A program made the translations under genes and the position numbers. Source: Lepidodermella squamata (lineage: Eukaryota; Animalia; Gastrotricha). From it: a stretch of DNA of 64,000 nucleotides. Below are positions 24,705-37,916 of this stretch, one piece after another. The notes below the pieces were generated by a model. That model had not been told where the DNA came from and did not search any database. It saw only the letters and a program-made list of their open reading frames with translations. The stretch is from assembly GCA_047495785.1 (NCBI GenBank), contig JBLDXI010000054.1:2418001-2482000 (forward strand), in the 5' to 3' direction. Position 1 is the stretch's first letter, and each line of letters opens with the position of its first letter.

Positions 24705-25474
24705 TGGTGCTTTCACAAATGCGTCCGACGGTAAAAACTTCGGCTAGTAACTCGCAAACTTCGGTAGAGTGAAGCGAAACGTCAGAGAGCGTTATCAGTG
24801 GCACTTTGGACGCGCGCGCGCGCGGTCGGGCGCCCGAAGTCTCCATTGTTTAGTCGCCGAAGTTGCTGAGTGTCACGCACTTGAGCGCGCGTGGCAGGCC
24901 AGGTACCGGGGTCAGGCAAAAAATGTTCTATTTCAGCGTAAATGCTGAATTCAACTACATAATGAGATGTGAAATGCGATGCGGATCATAAAAATGTAAA
25001 TTTCATCGAAAAATTGCATATCATCAATTTTTCTTGCCGGTTTCGCCGGCCTTAGATTTTCGGCGTGCGCAGCATTTAAAAAAATTGAAAAATTGGTAAA
25101 TGTCGAACTCATTTTCTTGACTCGTCGTAATTCAAGACGGCTTGAGTGTTATACAGCCAGTCAAGCAGTCAAATGGCCGCGCGCGCGCTGATGTCTATTG
25201 GTGCGCGTGTAATAATAGTGCGCGCTGCAAACTTCGGTTCGGACGCACTTCGGACGGTAGTTTGGGGGTCTCCGATCCGACGTTCTTTGTTGTGCGTGCG
25301 CGCGCCGCGTCGGACGCGCTATTGTTTAAACTTCGGGCGCGCGAGCCGAAGTGCGCGCGTTTGTTAAAGGAAATCTAAACGTCGGACAACTATTACGCTA
25401 CTTCGGGTGCCTATTACGAAACTTCGGGCGCCGAAAACGTCGGACGCTGGTCGGACGCATTTGTGAAAGCACCA
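24705..25474. mobile_element. PIF/Harbinger-like MITE in an intron
   Basis: 25-bp perfect TIR TGGTGCTTTCACAAATGCGTCCGAC, flanked by TAA on both sides (24702-24704, 25475-25477); CpG-rich interior. Confidence 0.85.
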
Positions 25475-25890
25475 TAATATTTAGGTTGTACTTTTGGGTT
25501 ACCCATTTCATTTTCGGATTTATAATTTTGTGTAGGAGGTTTTGGAAAATCAGAATCAACTACTCGATGCTGTTAGCCGCGACGATTTTTCGGAAATTGA
25601 ACGTTTGTTGAGTTATGGTTACCAGGATATTACTTGGCTGGATAAAATGAGCGGTAACCGCACAGCGTTAATTTGGGCATTGCAGGCGGAGGCAGGGCTC
25701 AAAATCATTCAACATCTCATCGCAGCGGGAGCAAACCCGAATACTCCGAGCGCTGATGGAAACCTGCCGTTGGCAACGGCGGCTCATTACTGCGATAAGA
25801 CTGAAATTGTCAAATATTTGATTGATGTTGGCGCCGATATTGACGCCCACAGCATGGACTGGATGGGATCGACCGCACTCACAATCACGG

Positions 25891-26034
25891 CGATTTTGGC
25901 GTGGTGTTCGATTAACAGCTTAACATTATCAGTGACCCCGCACCGTGCTGTGATTGTGAGTGCACTCACAATCACAGCACGGTGCGGGGTCACTGATAAT
26001 GTTAAGCTGTTAATCGAACACCACGCCAAAATCG
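25891..26034. repeat. Perfect 144-bp palindrome (72-bp arms, no spacer) inside a coding exon
   Basis: cgattttggcgtggtg...gtgagtg|cactcac...caccacgccaaaatcg; centre at 25962/25963. Confidence 0.95.
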
Positions 26035-27921
26035 AATTGAAGGACACAGTTGGTAATACTCCGCTGATGTCTGCATGCGCATACTCTTCCCGCGATACCG
26101 TTCAACTGTCACTCGACTCGGGGGCTGATATAGCAAGTAAGACGGACACTGGCATAACAGTGTTACATATGGCAACATACCATGGCATTCCTGATGTGGT
26201 CGAATTGTTGCTGGATCGCGGCGCCTCGATTAATGAAGTCTCTGAAACGGGAGACACTCCGCTTCACTTTGCTGCGCAATATTCCAAAACCAAAGTTTTG
26301 AAGTTGCTAGTTTGCAGAGGCGCGTCGCTTCTCGTGAAGAATGCTGATGGCAAACCCCCCGTTGAAGTCTCTGCAGAAAAGGGAGTTTCTAAATGGCTTG
26401 AAAATGTAAGTTCAGCTTCACTGATTTCACGATTTTTCTCAAGCTTTTTTTAACAGTTTATTCGTAATCGGCCTCTTGGCGATGCTGCTGCGGCTGGCAA
26501 TACAACGGAAGTCAAGCGGCTAATCAATACAGGAAAAGTTGACGTAAACTGGCGCGATGAATGCTACTTTCCTGGTAAAATGCCGATGAGAAATTGCACT
26601 GCTCTTCATAGAGCGGCGGCCAGTTCCGCTCCAGCTGATCTAATCGACACGCTACTGAAGGCCGGCGCTGACAGCAAAGCAGCTGAAGCTGAAAACGGAA
26701 GATCGCCCGTTGCCTTTGCTGCTGCTATGGCATCAAAAGATACTGTGAGCTCATTTTGCTGGGAACGTAGAGATCTCAAACTTGACAATCCTGATAAAAA
26801 TGGCGTTACTCCTATCATGGAAGCAGCCATAGCCGGCCGAGCTGAAATAGTCCAATCGATGTCGTCCCATGGCGCAAACATAAATTTGAAAGACAAAAAC
26901 GGTTTAGATGCTTTCATGCACGCTGTCAAGGCAAGTTCGGCAGAAACGGTTGACACTCTGATGTGGACAAGGCCAGATTTTACTGTTAAGAGTAAGGACG
27001 GACTAACTGCCCTTGCGATTGCCCGGGCCCTTTCGCCACCCAACGATAGAATAGTTGCGACTATTCTGGGTTCGATGTACGAACGGAATAATTACAACCG
27101 AAAAATCCTCTGCCCTTGCTCTGTTACGCAGCATCAAACGGAGTGTATGGCTGGCGGTGTGTATGACGAATTTCGGACGTACAACTGTGCTTTGCAGAAC
27201 AAGTGTTATTGTAAGCTCGCGAAGAAGGAATGGCCGACCAATTGCAATAAAGAGACAATCTATGCTAGCAGGCAGCTGAAACGTTTTATTTGTGACCTGG
27301 AATAATCCTTGTTGTTTTGTTTCTGTTACATCATTTTTTTGTACCTAATTGGCGCTCTTTAAGACTTTTCATTCTCAGTCCGCTTTCCTGATACGAATGA
27401 CTACTTTTAAAATAAAGTTGAAGCAAGTTTTGAACGCTTTGATAAATCGCATTTCGAAAAGAGAAAAGTGTAGACTGGGGAGTTTTCCAGCAAATCGCAA
27501 AAGAGAATCGAGAAAGGTGAGTTTTGATTGAAGCCAGAGCGAACCCACATCCAACCAATCCTTATTCTAATTGTCAACATTGGAATCGACTCCTGAATCC
27601 TACTGAAAAGGCGGGAAGCCCCACAGAATACTCTTATCGTTTCAGATTATCAGGGACATGCTGCAATGATTGTAGCGAATTTCCCGAATATCAAGAAGAT
27701 AGATTCCTTGAATCGGGTTATACCCTAAGATAATGAGATACATACTGCTCGCATTCGTTGTTACATTGTCATACATGTTTTTATTTGGCGAACAAAATAT
27801 AGCACACATCTCTGCATAAAGATATAATTTCATGACACCATGGCAAATAAATCCCATACATAACCATTTTGAAGTAAATTGTTTGTATAAGCGATCAACG
27901 AATTTTTGATTCACGCAATCT

Positions 27922-30900
27922 TTAAACAATCGTGGCAGCATGAACAGACTGCGCACGGCCAGACGGGTCAGCTGAGGTGCCCCAGTCAGTACGCGGGATC
28001 CAGCGCTTGACCGTCGTAACAGCGGCCGAGCCAGGGAACAGCGATTCGAACAACTCGCGGTAGTAGAACGCTTCCTTCGTGGTCGGGGTGTCAAGCGGGA
28101 AAATCATGGCCGCATTTTCGAACCGCTCATCACTCACCGCCTTCTCGGTATGCGCCTTGAGCGAGTCGATCCAGTTGTAGCCGACACCGTCGGAAAACTG
28201 CTCCTTCTGACGCCACAGAACGTCGTCGGGCAAATACGCCTCGCCATGAGAATTCTGGACGTCGAAGGCCTTGCGGAGAATGTACTTTTCGATACGTTCC
28301 GGCGTGCAGAGTTTCTCGCGGGGGTCGGTCTCCATGACAACCTCCAGGAATTGGCGGTCGAGGAAGGGGACGCGAGCTTCGACACCCCAAGCCATTGTGG
28401 ATTTGTTGGCGCGAAGGCAGTCGGATAAATGGAGATTTTTGACACGGGAGACGCACTCTTGGTGGAAGGAAGCGGCGTTGGGCGCGCGGTGGAAGTAGAG
28501 GTAACCGCCGAAGATTTCATCGGAGCCTTCGCCGGAGAGGACCATCTTCACGCCGAGGGCCTTGATGTGACGGGCAAGGAAAAACCTATTAAAAAAAGAA
28601 GGATCGTTAAAAAGAAATAGACTGAAATAGAAGAAATCTCATATCATTCGAATCAAAATTTGCCATGCAGAGAAAATTACTTAACAAAATAGCGTGATTT
28701 ATGGAATTAAAAAATCATTTAAAACCTGTAAATTCGATTCCTCAATATACTATTTTCTCTGCTCAATTTTTTTATTAAATTTTTTTTAAATTTCACTCTG
28801 CTCACGAAGTGAAAAAAACAGGAAAATTCTACGATTGCGGACAAAAATCAGAACCAACTTTCATCAAACATACCCCGATTGCTACCCTGAGCAATTACCT
28901 ACAAATTGGGCTACAGTTGTGGTTTGTGGTCACCCTAAAGGATTCTGTCGAAATCACGGGCCATGCATTTTGAAATCAGGCTTAAATTTTTCCACAATCA
29001 TGGGGATAGTTTTTCCTAAAGCTTTCAAATAGGAAATTCGGGATATTTCATTAAGTAATTCGAGTAAGTATTACAGCGTTGCGCAACTATTTTTTTTAAT
29101 TCGGCATCTTTTTGTAGGAAATTTTTTCGAAATTAAACCTACCGAGAGAATATTCCATTTTTTCCGCGATTTAACCGAGGAAATAACAGATTTACAGGAG
29201 AATACCCGGAAAACCCCGATGGTAACTAGTTCGGTAATTTTCGGTATTTTACCCGGTTTGGCCAAATTTCTCCAGATTGTTTTACCCCATTATCAAAAGT
29301 GACATACTTGATTACTATTCTCGTGATTTTCTGAATTTTTTTCTAAATTTTTCTGGGCATGAGTTATGACTTCGTCTCTCATTTTAGAGTTTCCAAAGCC
29401 TTTTCCGTGCATTTTCTTAGCTTGAGTTAATTATTACGGGACACGTTGTAGATTACAATAAAAAAATCATAACTTTCAAATTTTCAGAAAATTGAGATCT
29501 CTTGAAAATTTTAGGGACCTTAAAAATCCTGATCAATTACTCAATTTTCCAAAAACAAGGTTAAACCTTCATTTGACTCGTTTGTTCGACTCAAGTTAAG
29601 TGGGGAGACTTACATCGGTGTGCTAGCACGGATGGTTGTAACATCGTACGACTCCAGATGGTAGATGATGTCCGAAAGCATGTCGATGCCTTCTTGAATC
29701 GTGAAGTTAAACTCGTAGTGGCGGGTGCCCAGGTACTTGGCGACCTTACGAGCTGCAATCAGATCCGGCGCATTCGGCAAACCAATCGAGAAGGTCATCA
29801 ACTGCTCGCCCTTAGTCTGGTTGCGGATGAATTCGTTGGCAACAGCGGTTACCAGGCTCGAGTCAAGACCGCCGGACAACAGACAGCCGTAGGGTACTTC
29901 ACTGATCATCTGAGACCGAACTGCCTCGATGAAGCTCTCGCGCAGGCGGGTGTAGTCGCATGGCGTCGATGGGATGTATTCAGGGTCGATGTACCAGCGG
30001 GGTCGGTAGAATTGGACGTAGCCCTTCTCCGGCGTCGCGCTGTAATAGTAGTGGCCGGGCGGGAACGGGCGAATACGCTCGCACGTCTCGGTGAGGCATT
30101 TCATTTCCGAGGCGAACCAAACAGAGCCATCCTGAAAATTCGTAAAAAAAATTTAAGGGAGATTTCAAGGAAATCACAAAATTCTGAAAAAATCCCGAAT
30201 TCTGAAAATTTGGTTCGCTGTGGGATATTCGGAATGAATTATCAAAAAAATTTAACCAAAGTTGAGAAAATATTTTGAAACCTTGAAATTGAAGTTTTTT
30301 GTTCAATTTCCAAAGTTTGAAACTATTTGAAAATTTTAATAAAAATTTATAATTAAATTCGATTTTCAATTAATTATTTAATCGGAGTCTCGTCTGATTT
30401 TCCTTTGATTTTTTTTCAATTTGTAACCTTGCATTTTTCAGGGAGTGAGAAAAATTGAGATTTTGTTGGCCACTTGGACCGAAATGATCCTTTCTTAATT
30501 TCTAATTTATTTTTACCTTTGCCCAGCCTTGGTAAAGCGGGCAGATGCCGATGTGATCGCGCGCAACCAAGAAATTCTCGCCATCGTAGATAACAAACGC
30601 GAAAATGCCGTCAATGTGCTTGAACAGATCGGTTTTCATATCCTCATACAAGTGAAGAATGACCTCGCAGTCAGACTCGGTCTGAAAATCAGCCCGGTGA
30701 TGCGACAGCACGGTCTCTTTCAGCTTTTGGTAGTTGTAGATCTCGCCGTTGACGCAGAGCGACGCCGAACTGTGCGCCGATGTCATCGGTTGGGAACCGC
30801 TGGATATGCCGATAATTGACAGACGCTCGTGGGCCATGCCGCTGACACCGCCGGGGAACGTGAGAACACCGCTCCAGTCTGGGCCGCGGTGACGCTGCAG

Positions 30901-30984
30901 TTTTGAGATCGATTTCAGCATGGACCGCAGCTCAAGCGAGTTGCCGGTTTTACGGTAGTTGAACACCGCCAAAATTCCACACAT
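27922..30984 (-). CDS. ASNS: Glutamine-dependent asparagine synthetase; exons 30984-30517, 30131-29614, 28585-27922
   Basis: MCGI Ntn start, [60 protein letters not shown]. Confidence 0.95.
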
Positions 30985-31131
30985 TTTTGAAAAATTAAAA
31001 AAACCTTGAAAAAAATTTGAAAAAATTAAAAATTAAAATAATTTAATAAATAATATTAATAAAAAAAGTATAATAATTTATTGAATAATGAGTTGAAAAT
31101 GTTAAATCGGCGTTTATTGCAATACAGGAAG

Positions 31132-31140
31132 TGATGCAAT
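31132..31140. promoter_or_regulatory. Candidate C/EBP-ATF (ATF4 amino-acid response) element
   Basis: TGATGCAAT about 150 bp upstream of the ASNS ATG; matches the TGATGnAAn consensus. A short motif, supported only by context. Confidence 0.4.
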
Positions 31141-32612
31141 TTTTCGTCACTTGAACTAATTTCAGACGGATGGACATTTTGTTCACGAGGAGAAAGTCGG
31201 AAAAATGAAATGATGACCAGTAAAATTCGCTTACGGCGCCGCTATAAACAGTAGGCTGTTCACGTGAAATATAGCGACGACACGCGAAACAAAAGACGTC
31301 CTCTTGCTTTGAATAGCAGCTGGACTTTGGTCAGTAGGGTTTTTGTAAAAAATGATGATGAATGACTAATAATACTACTACGGCACGTGTTGCAGCGTTT
31401 TAGACACATGTTAACGCGAGTTATGGTTTCAGCCTTGAATTGTGAACTTTGAACTTTGACTTGAAAAATCGAAGTCTAGAGTCTGATGAGCGTAACAATT
31501 TTTTTTATTTTTAGAAAAATGGTTAAGGGATTCCAGATTTCATTCAAATTTTCACATGCATGAGGGATTCAATTTGAGGAAAATTTGAAATTGATAAAAA
31601 AGATTCTCATCGTTTACGGAGGATCTTTCTATTAGTCTTGAAATTCAGCTATCGAAACCGATCAACCTTAAAACGTGAAAATGATTTCAGAATTTTTATT
31701 TCCTTATGAAATCGGTTCAGAGGGAAAATTTTAGCTGGAAAAGTACAGCAAGTAATTCAAGATGAGCATATTTTTTATGCAAAGCGGTTGTAAAGTTGGC
31801 AAAACGCTCATGATAAAATTATTGGAAAATGAGAAAGCAAGATGCTGAAAAATCCAGAGTTGTTAAATGGAGCCTTTTATACTTCTACACTCACTGCTTT
31901 AAGGTAACTTTAGTTGGAATTATGGGCGAGAATTTGGACCCTTATCAGCTTTAGCCAATTCAAGCACTCGAAACTGAAAATCATGAGAGGAAAAGGTTGT
32001 GATAAGGCTGGGCACGCGTGATTTTGCGAGGAAATAAACCAGCCCAAGGTGTGATAACCTTAGATCTTGGGCATTAGAAATAATGGCACTTCGAAAAAAA
32101 TAATAAAAATCCAAAATTATCGATTTGAAAAAATTCATAGTTCATTACAAAAATTACGATCGATCTTAATTATAAATTCAAAAAATTGTAATAATGAGCT
32201 AATCACCTAATTAATAATATTAGATTCACAGTCGTTGACATTTTGAACATAGAAATTAGTTGCATTTACATCGCATTGTTGTACATACATATTTAATTTG
32301 AGATGTGTAACTGAAGCGACGCAATTAGTGTGCGGGGTTGCGCGCGCAAAAATAATGTGCGCGCAAAAGCAACCGCAAAGGCAATGATGAGTCTCAGCTT
32401 TACAAAAAAATGTTTGCGCCAGGATGTGCACAGCAACGACAACAACGATACTATACCGGGGCCTGAAGGCAAAACATTTGCTGCTACGTTTTATGCGAAG
32501 CCCTCTGCAGTGGTTCAAAACCTTATTACCGCTTTTTGGGCTAAACAATAATAACACACATTCTCGCCACTTTCTAAGATCATAAAGGCACTCGCTGCGT
32601 TAATGAACTGCA

Positions 32613-35491
32613 ATGAACTTGATCCAGCTCTCCCTAATTGGCGCCTTAATGATATCACTGGCCAAAAGTCAACAGGAAGTTGCGCCTAATCAGTACCCAT
32701 GGACGGTTAGTAACAGTTAAACTATTTAAAAAACCCTCCTTAATTAATTGTATATTCAGGTAAGGCTACGATCTGATTTTCCAAATGGAGATATTTTCCG
32801 ATGCTCAGCCACCTTAATATCGCCAACTTGGCTTCTAACCGCTAGAAACTGTGTCATTCACCCCAGAACCCGGGAGCGGGCTTTCAACGTTCAGGCGCAA
32901 TTTGGTAAGCATAACCTATTGATAGCTGATGAAGATGGCGAACAGGATCGAGCGATATCAACACCGGCTTTTGTCCACCCTGATTACGATGATGAGACTA
33001 AAGCTAACGATTTCGCCCTGCTGAGGTTCAACAATCCTGTTGGGCTTAGCGATGAAGTGAAACCAGTTTCTCTACCTGGCGATGCCGTCTGCCAACAACG
33101 TAGAGCATTCACTGCAACTTCCTTACCTGTGGACCGTTGCTCCACGGCCTTTGCGCTTGGTTGGGGGCAAACTGGCGGAAATTCTGGTGCAATCAATAGA
33201 TTAAAGAGTACCACTGTCCGTGTACGATCTTTCGCGGACTGTGATTCCTCTGGTGATCGATTCAGTGAGTCGAAATTATGCGTTGGAACAAGAGGCGAAA
33301 TCTGCAACGGGGATGTCGGCGGGCCTTTGATGTGCGCTCAGGGCAATTTCCTACTCGGAGTTATAAATCATAACGGCAATTGCACACCATCGACTGCTCC
33401 AAGCTCTGTCGCCAGGGTTTGCTCGATTATGAACTGGATTCTAGACACCCTGGAAGGGGAAGAATTGTCGATTTACAACAATCAACCTGACGTAAGACCG
33501 GCTGATATTACAAGCCGGCCTCCCGGTAGATCTACCGATTGCGGGCCTGCTCCGGTTATTGCAAATGGCCGCGTCGCAAACGGGTCTTCAGACGTCGGAT
33601 CTTTCAGAGATGTTTCATGTAACCCAGGCTACCGCTTCGAAGGCGAGGAGCCACTTATTCTATGCCTAGCGAATGGCTGGACTGATCCTGGTAGATGTGT
33701 CGAACTTTCAACCAGTACGGTAACTCAGATAGTGATTTCCACTACAGCTTTACCGCCAAGCTGCGGCACGGAGCCGAGGATTAATAATGGTCGACTTACT
33801 GACGGATCGTCAACCCTCGGAGCCACACGGCGGGTCGTTTGTAATGAAGGGTTCGAATTAGGATCCGGAGACGTCATTGTCGTATGCCTCGCCGGGGGTT
33901 GGAGCCGACCTGGCAATTGTATAGCTAGTTCCCCCAGAGTCGAAGAAGCTCCAACGAATCCTATTGCCCCAGTGGTTCCGGCTGAAATAGGACAAAATCG
34001 AATTTTCAACCTTGCCCAAGCCGTCACAACTCCAGTACCGACTACAAAACTGTTGGTCACTGTACCATCAACAGCAGGGGTCACTACAGCACCTCCTACA
34101 ACAGTAAAGCCGATTATAGTTTGCGCTGGTGAGCCTGTCGTAACAAATGGACGAGTCTTAATGGGTAGTTCGCTTTTCGACGCGGCTAGAACTGTTCGAT
34201 GTAACGATGGGTTCAAGCTGGCATCTGGTTCAAAAAGCACAATCACCTGCCAGATTTCTGGAATCTGGAGCTCAGCCACTTGCGAGAAGATTATCGACTG
34301 CGGAATACCGCCTACAGTAGAAAATGGGCTCTTTTTACCCGGAAACACAACTGCCGGTTCTATGAGACCTTTGCAGTGTAATCCAGCTTTTGACATCCAA
34401 CCTGGAACCCCTTCAACAATAACCTGTGGCCAGGATGGGAATTGGTCAACTCCTGGAACTTGTTACCTAACTAGCAACGTAACATGTAAAGGGAGACCTC
34501 TAGCTGTAGCAAACGGCAGAGTCCCACGTCTCGGAGGAATCAGAGTTGGCACGGTTCGGAGAATCATCTGCGACCCACGTTACACACTAGACCCTGATTT
34601 ACCCGCCAATGTAACATGCCAGCCCAACGGTGAATGGTCTAAGCCTGGGCGATGCATTCGATTCGGTTGTGGAGCGCCGCCGGCCTTAGAAAACGGCATC
34701 TATGGCGATGGAGATGATAGCCCTGGTGCGGTGCGAAAAATCATTTGCTACGAAGGCTTCGGAGTGGTCATAGATGAGCCAACGGAGATCGTTTGCAAGT
34801 GGGATGGTTACTGGAGCAGGCCAGGGACATGTCAAGTCAACAGTAAGCTAACTTCGTTTGTCATTGTATCGTCTCTAATTTTTCGATGATAGTGTGTCGT
34901 AATGGCGAAAATGTCTTGGTTAAAAACGGTTATGTTGAGAGGCAAGGAGGGGTCTATCTTGGCGCAGTTCGTCGAGTGCGATGTTTCCCTGGTTTCCAAC
35001 TTTACGGTAACCCTACCGTGACTTGTGAAGATACCGGTGAATGGAGTTTGCCTGGCTGGTGCGAGTTGTTAAGTAAGCATCATTGAGCTACCCTAAACAA
35101 TAAAGAAATGACTCCAATCTCTGTAGATTGCGGTATGCCTCCGATGGTCGATGGAGCTAAAATTGAGGCCGGGGACAATATGTACAACACTGTCAGGTAC
35201 TACACGTGTACAGCTCCGAGCACAACTGGATCTTACTCGACCAAGTGCCAAGTCGATGGGAAATGGTCGACTCCGAAAGGATCATGTATTTACAATAAGA
35301 GTAATTTGTTCACTAATTACTTAATTTTTATTCAATTCCAATTTGTTTATACAGGAGTGGCTAATATCAATGAAGCACCGTTCAGCGACCCAGGTATCAT
35401 CGCCGCGGTTGCTATTGTATCAATTCTAGTTCTTGCCATCACAATTTTATTGATTTGGTACTGCTGTACTCAGTGCGGAAATTGCAGGTGA
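32613..35491 (+). CDS. Type I membrane serine-protease homologue (catalytically dead) with 8 sushi/CCP domains
   Basis: Signal exon 32613-32705 (MNLIQLSLIGALMISLA); TARNC for TAAHC and GDVGGP for GDSGGP; repeated C..P..NG..C..G...C...W...G.C modules; TM GIIAAVAIVSILVLAITILLIWY. Confidence 0.85.
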
Positions 35492-35895
35492 TAAGCAGTT
35501 TAGCTCATCATCTGACTAAGCTCTTTCCATGCCGTTTTTTCGTCCCGAGGACCAGCGTGTTTTCAAATGCTTATTTTTCACGTTTTACCTTCATTTTGCA
35601 TTCAATGCGCTGTCAAGTTATTGTTGTTTTTGTGTGTATATATGTGCTGCTGTGTCTAATGCCATTTTATGCCTGCATTATTTTGCAGCGCACTGAAACA
35701 ATGCGATGAAATAAAAATGAGAGTTATTGAAGTGACGTCGATGGTAATTAGACCACTAATTTCTCTCGCAGAGCTCGCTAAACAAAAGAAGTTAATGAGG
35801 AAAACTAACTCAACTAAATGGTGTACACATAATTATTGCTGCAAAACAAGACAAGTCACTTGAATTCTCAAGTCTTTCTTCCTTTTATTAAAAAT

Positions 35896-36433
35896 CTACC
35901 AATTATATAGATAGAAATATTTAATAAGGAAGGCAATTAACGTTAGTGATACAAGTGTTTTGTAGTTTGTGTGGTAATAGCTGACGGCATTTGAGCAGAT
36001 CTATAAAGAAAAATCAAGAAATTTCAGTAGCGGCGTCACGATTCCTGTCCTTACCTTGTTGTAGCAGTACAAATAACCAACGCATTGTATTGTTGAAGAA
36101 CAGGCCTATTGAAATAATAATTAATTTTTGAAAATTATCAAAAAATTGAGAACCAACCTGGCCGAAATATCTACAGAGACTTGGCTGAGAGCTGACGCAT
36201 GTAGGATTTGCATGGCATCGCGGCGAATCGCTAGAATCTCGTCCAATGTAGTAAGGAAGTGTCGATGGGCAGACGCAGACCTTGACATCAGCATCGCAGA
36301 CGAGATCTCCCTGGCAGAAAGTAGTGCAGATTTCGCCAAATTTACCAACAGCTAACGTTTGTCGAATTTGAGTTGTTATAATAGATAAAAGAGCAGCACC
36401 TATGAAGCTCAGCCGGCCATGTATCATCAACAT
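35896..36433 (-). CDS. Small secreted Cys-rich (EB-module-like) protein, probably GPI-anchored; 3 exons
   Basis: Signal peptide, FGEIC..C.G.LVC..C.CP repeat, spliced tail ICSNAV...LVSLTLIAFLIKYFYLYNW*; related to the + strand neighbours. Confidence 0.7.
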
Positions 36434-36577
36434 TGCAGACTGCTGCTCATTTGAAAAAAGAACGCAATCTTAGTACTACAATACATGCAAACACGAAAGA
36501 TATTACAATGAAGTTGTAATTATTAACGCCCTCACTCACTCGAGTTTTACGCGTGTGGGTTAGATTGAAGGTTAGAT

Positions 36578-37222
36578 ATGAAATTGCTCAGGTTAGCCTA
36601 CGTTCTAGCTTCAGTGTTTCCGGGATATTACGCGGGCTATCGAGACAGATGCCCCTGTCAATCGCCATTCGTATGCGTTGGCCTATGCCGATGCCCGGAG
36701 AACACGCCTTACTACGACGGTAGTTCGAGCTGCTCGAGCGTATCTACAGCTTGCACGAATTGCTTGAGCTACGGAGATGCCTGCACTTCAACCTCGAATT
36801 GCAAGGGCACCCTGCAATGCCTAGGCGGATATTGTACTTGCAACTCTACCCATCCTATATTCATTAATTCTCAGAACTCTTGTACTAACCTTCAGTTGAT
36901 TGGCTCATCAGCATGTTCGGCATGCTTCCCTTATGGATTTCCTTGCGAGTCTTCAACAAATTGTATGGGATCTCTCAACTGCATCAACGGAGTTTGCAGT
37001 TGCCCTAACGGGACGTATTACAACGGAACAGGAACTTGCCCTACAGTCAAAGGCTGTGTTGGATGCAGAACTATTGGCCAAACTTGTCTGAATAACACCT
37101 ACTGTAGCGTTGGATTGCTGTGTAAAAACTGGGTTTGTTCAGGGCTGAATTCAACTAAGAGCATCGGTTTCTTAGTCATAGTGCTTCTTAGTCTTCCTTT
37201 TTCAATACTGATTAATAAATGA
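36578..37222 (+). CDS. Cys-rich EB-module-like surface protein A1 (probable GPI anchor)
   Basis: Signal peptide, four YG..C....C.G.L.C..G.C.CP repeats, hydrophobic C-terminal tail. Confidence 0.85.
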   Translation: MKLLRLAYVLASVFPGYYAGYRDRCPCQSPFVCVGLCRCPENTPYYDGSSSCSSVSTACTNCLSYGDACTSTSNCKGTLQCLGGYCTCNSTHPIFINSQNSCTNLQLIGSSACSACFPYGFPCESSTNCMGSLNCINGVCSCPNGTYYNGTGTCPTVKGCVGCRTIGQTCLNNTYCSVGLLCKNWVCSGLNSTKSIGFLVIVLLSLPFSILINK

Positions 37223-37241
37223 CTGCTATTACCATTTTAGA

Positions 37242-37916
37242 ATGAGTTTACTATTTATCGGAACTATCTTAATGGTAACTGGATTCGTGCGATGTCAGAA
37301 GAATTACGGGGAATCTTGCTATTCGAATAGCGATTGCTCCGCCACCATGATCTGCACTGGCTATTGTACTTGCCCAAGATCCAGCCGTTATTACATCGGA
37401 TCGAATCGCTGCAGCTCAAATCCGTCAAGCTGCAATGGATGCATAAATTTCTTAGAAGAGTGCTCCGATACCTCGAGCTGCGCTGGCCTTCTGTCTTGCG
37501 TCAATGGATTCTGCTTCTGCCCTCCAGAACGACCAGTTTTCATGGGTCTAAATTATTGCACTGACAGTGCTTGCAGTGGATGTATTGCTTATGGCCAATC
37601 TTGTACAACAACTGCTTCTTGTGCTGGGAATTTGATATGCACTTCTAACGTATGCCGATGTTCGAGCGGCTTGTCGTACAACGGGACTAACTATTGCTAC
37701 AATGCGACGAATGTTAAATGCACTAATTGTGTTAAGGAGGGTCAGACTTGTATCTACTCCTATCAATGTTCGGACGGCACTGTTTGCCGTAACTACGTTT
37801 GCGCTTCTAGTTCGCCAAAATTAGCAACTATGATTAGTCATGAGCTCTACATCTCTATTTTCCTATACTCCTTACTATTATCGTGCTATAAGATTATTTT
37901 TTCAAGAGTTGATTGA
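37242..37916 (+). CDS. Cys-rich EB-module-like surface protein B1
   Basis: Signal peptide, same repeat type, hydrophobic C-terminal tail. Confidence 0.85.
   Translation: MSLLFIGTILMVTGFVRCQKNYGESCYSNSDCSATMICTGYCTCPRSSRYYIGSNRCSSNPSSCNGCINFLEECSDTSSCAGLLSCVNGFCFCPPERPVFMGLNYCTDSACSGCIAYGQSCTTTASCAGNLICTSNVCRCSSGLSYNGTNYCYNATNVKCTNCVKEGQTCIYSYQCSDGTVCRNYVCASSSPKLATMISHELYISIFLYSLLLSCYKIIFSRVD

Larger units (their letters stand above)
20219..27305 (+). pseudogene. Signal peptide + ankyrin repeats + sushi domains + ankyrin repeats + Cys-rich tail; 3' part disrupted
   Basis: Exons 20219-22475, 22668-22835, 22893-23075, 23127-23569, 23620-24452, 25536-26405, 26457-27305 join in compatible phases. 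Lesions: in-frame TGA at 22808 and 23761, a 1-nt frameshift near 24260, and an 87-nt insertion near 25889-25975. The first exon (about 750 codons) is intact. Confidence 0.7.

Noticed and set aside
28900-29300. Possible transposon remnant (TACCG/CGGTA motifs) in an ASNS intron; similar CCGATAT motifs in the ARIH2 intron
   Set aside because: Could not define TIRs or TSDs.
27922-30984. Horizontal transfer of an AsnB-like asparagine synthetase
   Set aside because: The gene has spliceosomal introns and AsnB-like sequences occur in other invertebrates; only a phylogeny could support transfer.
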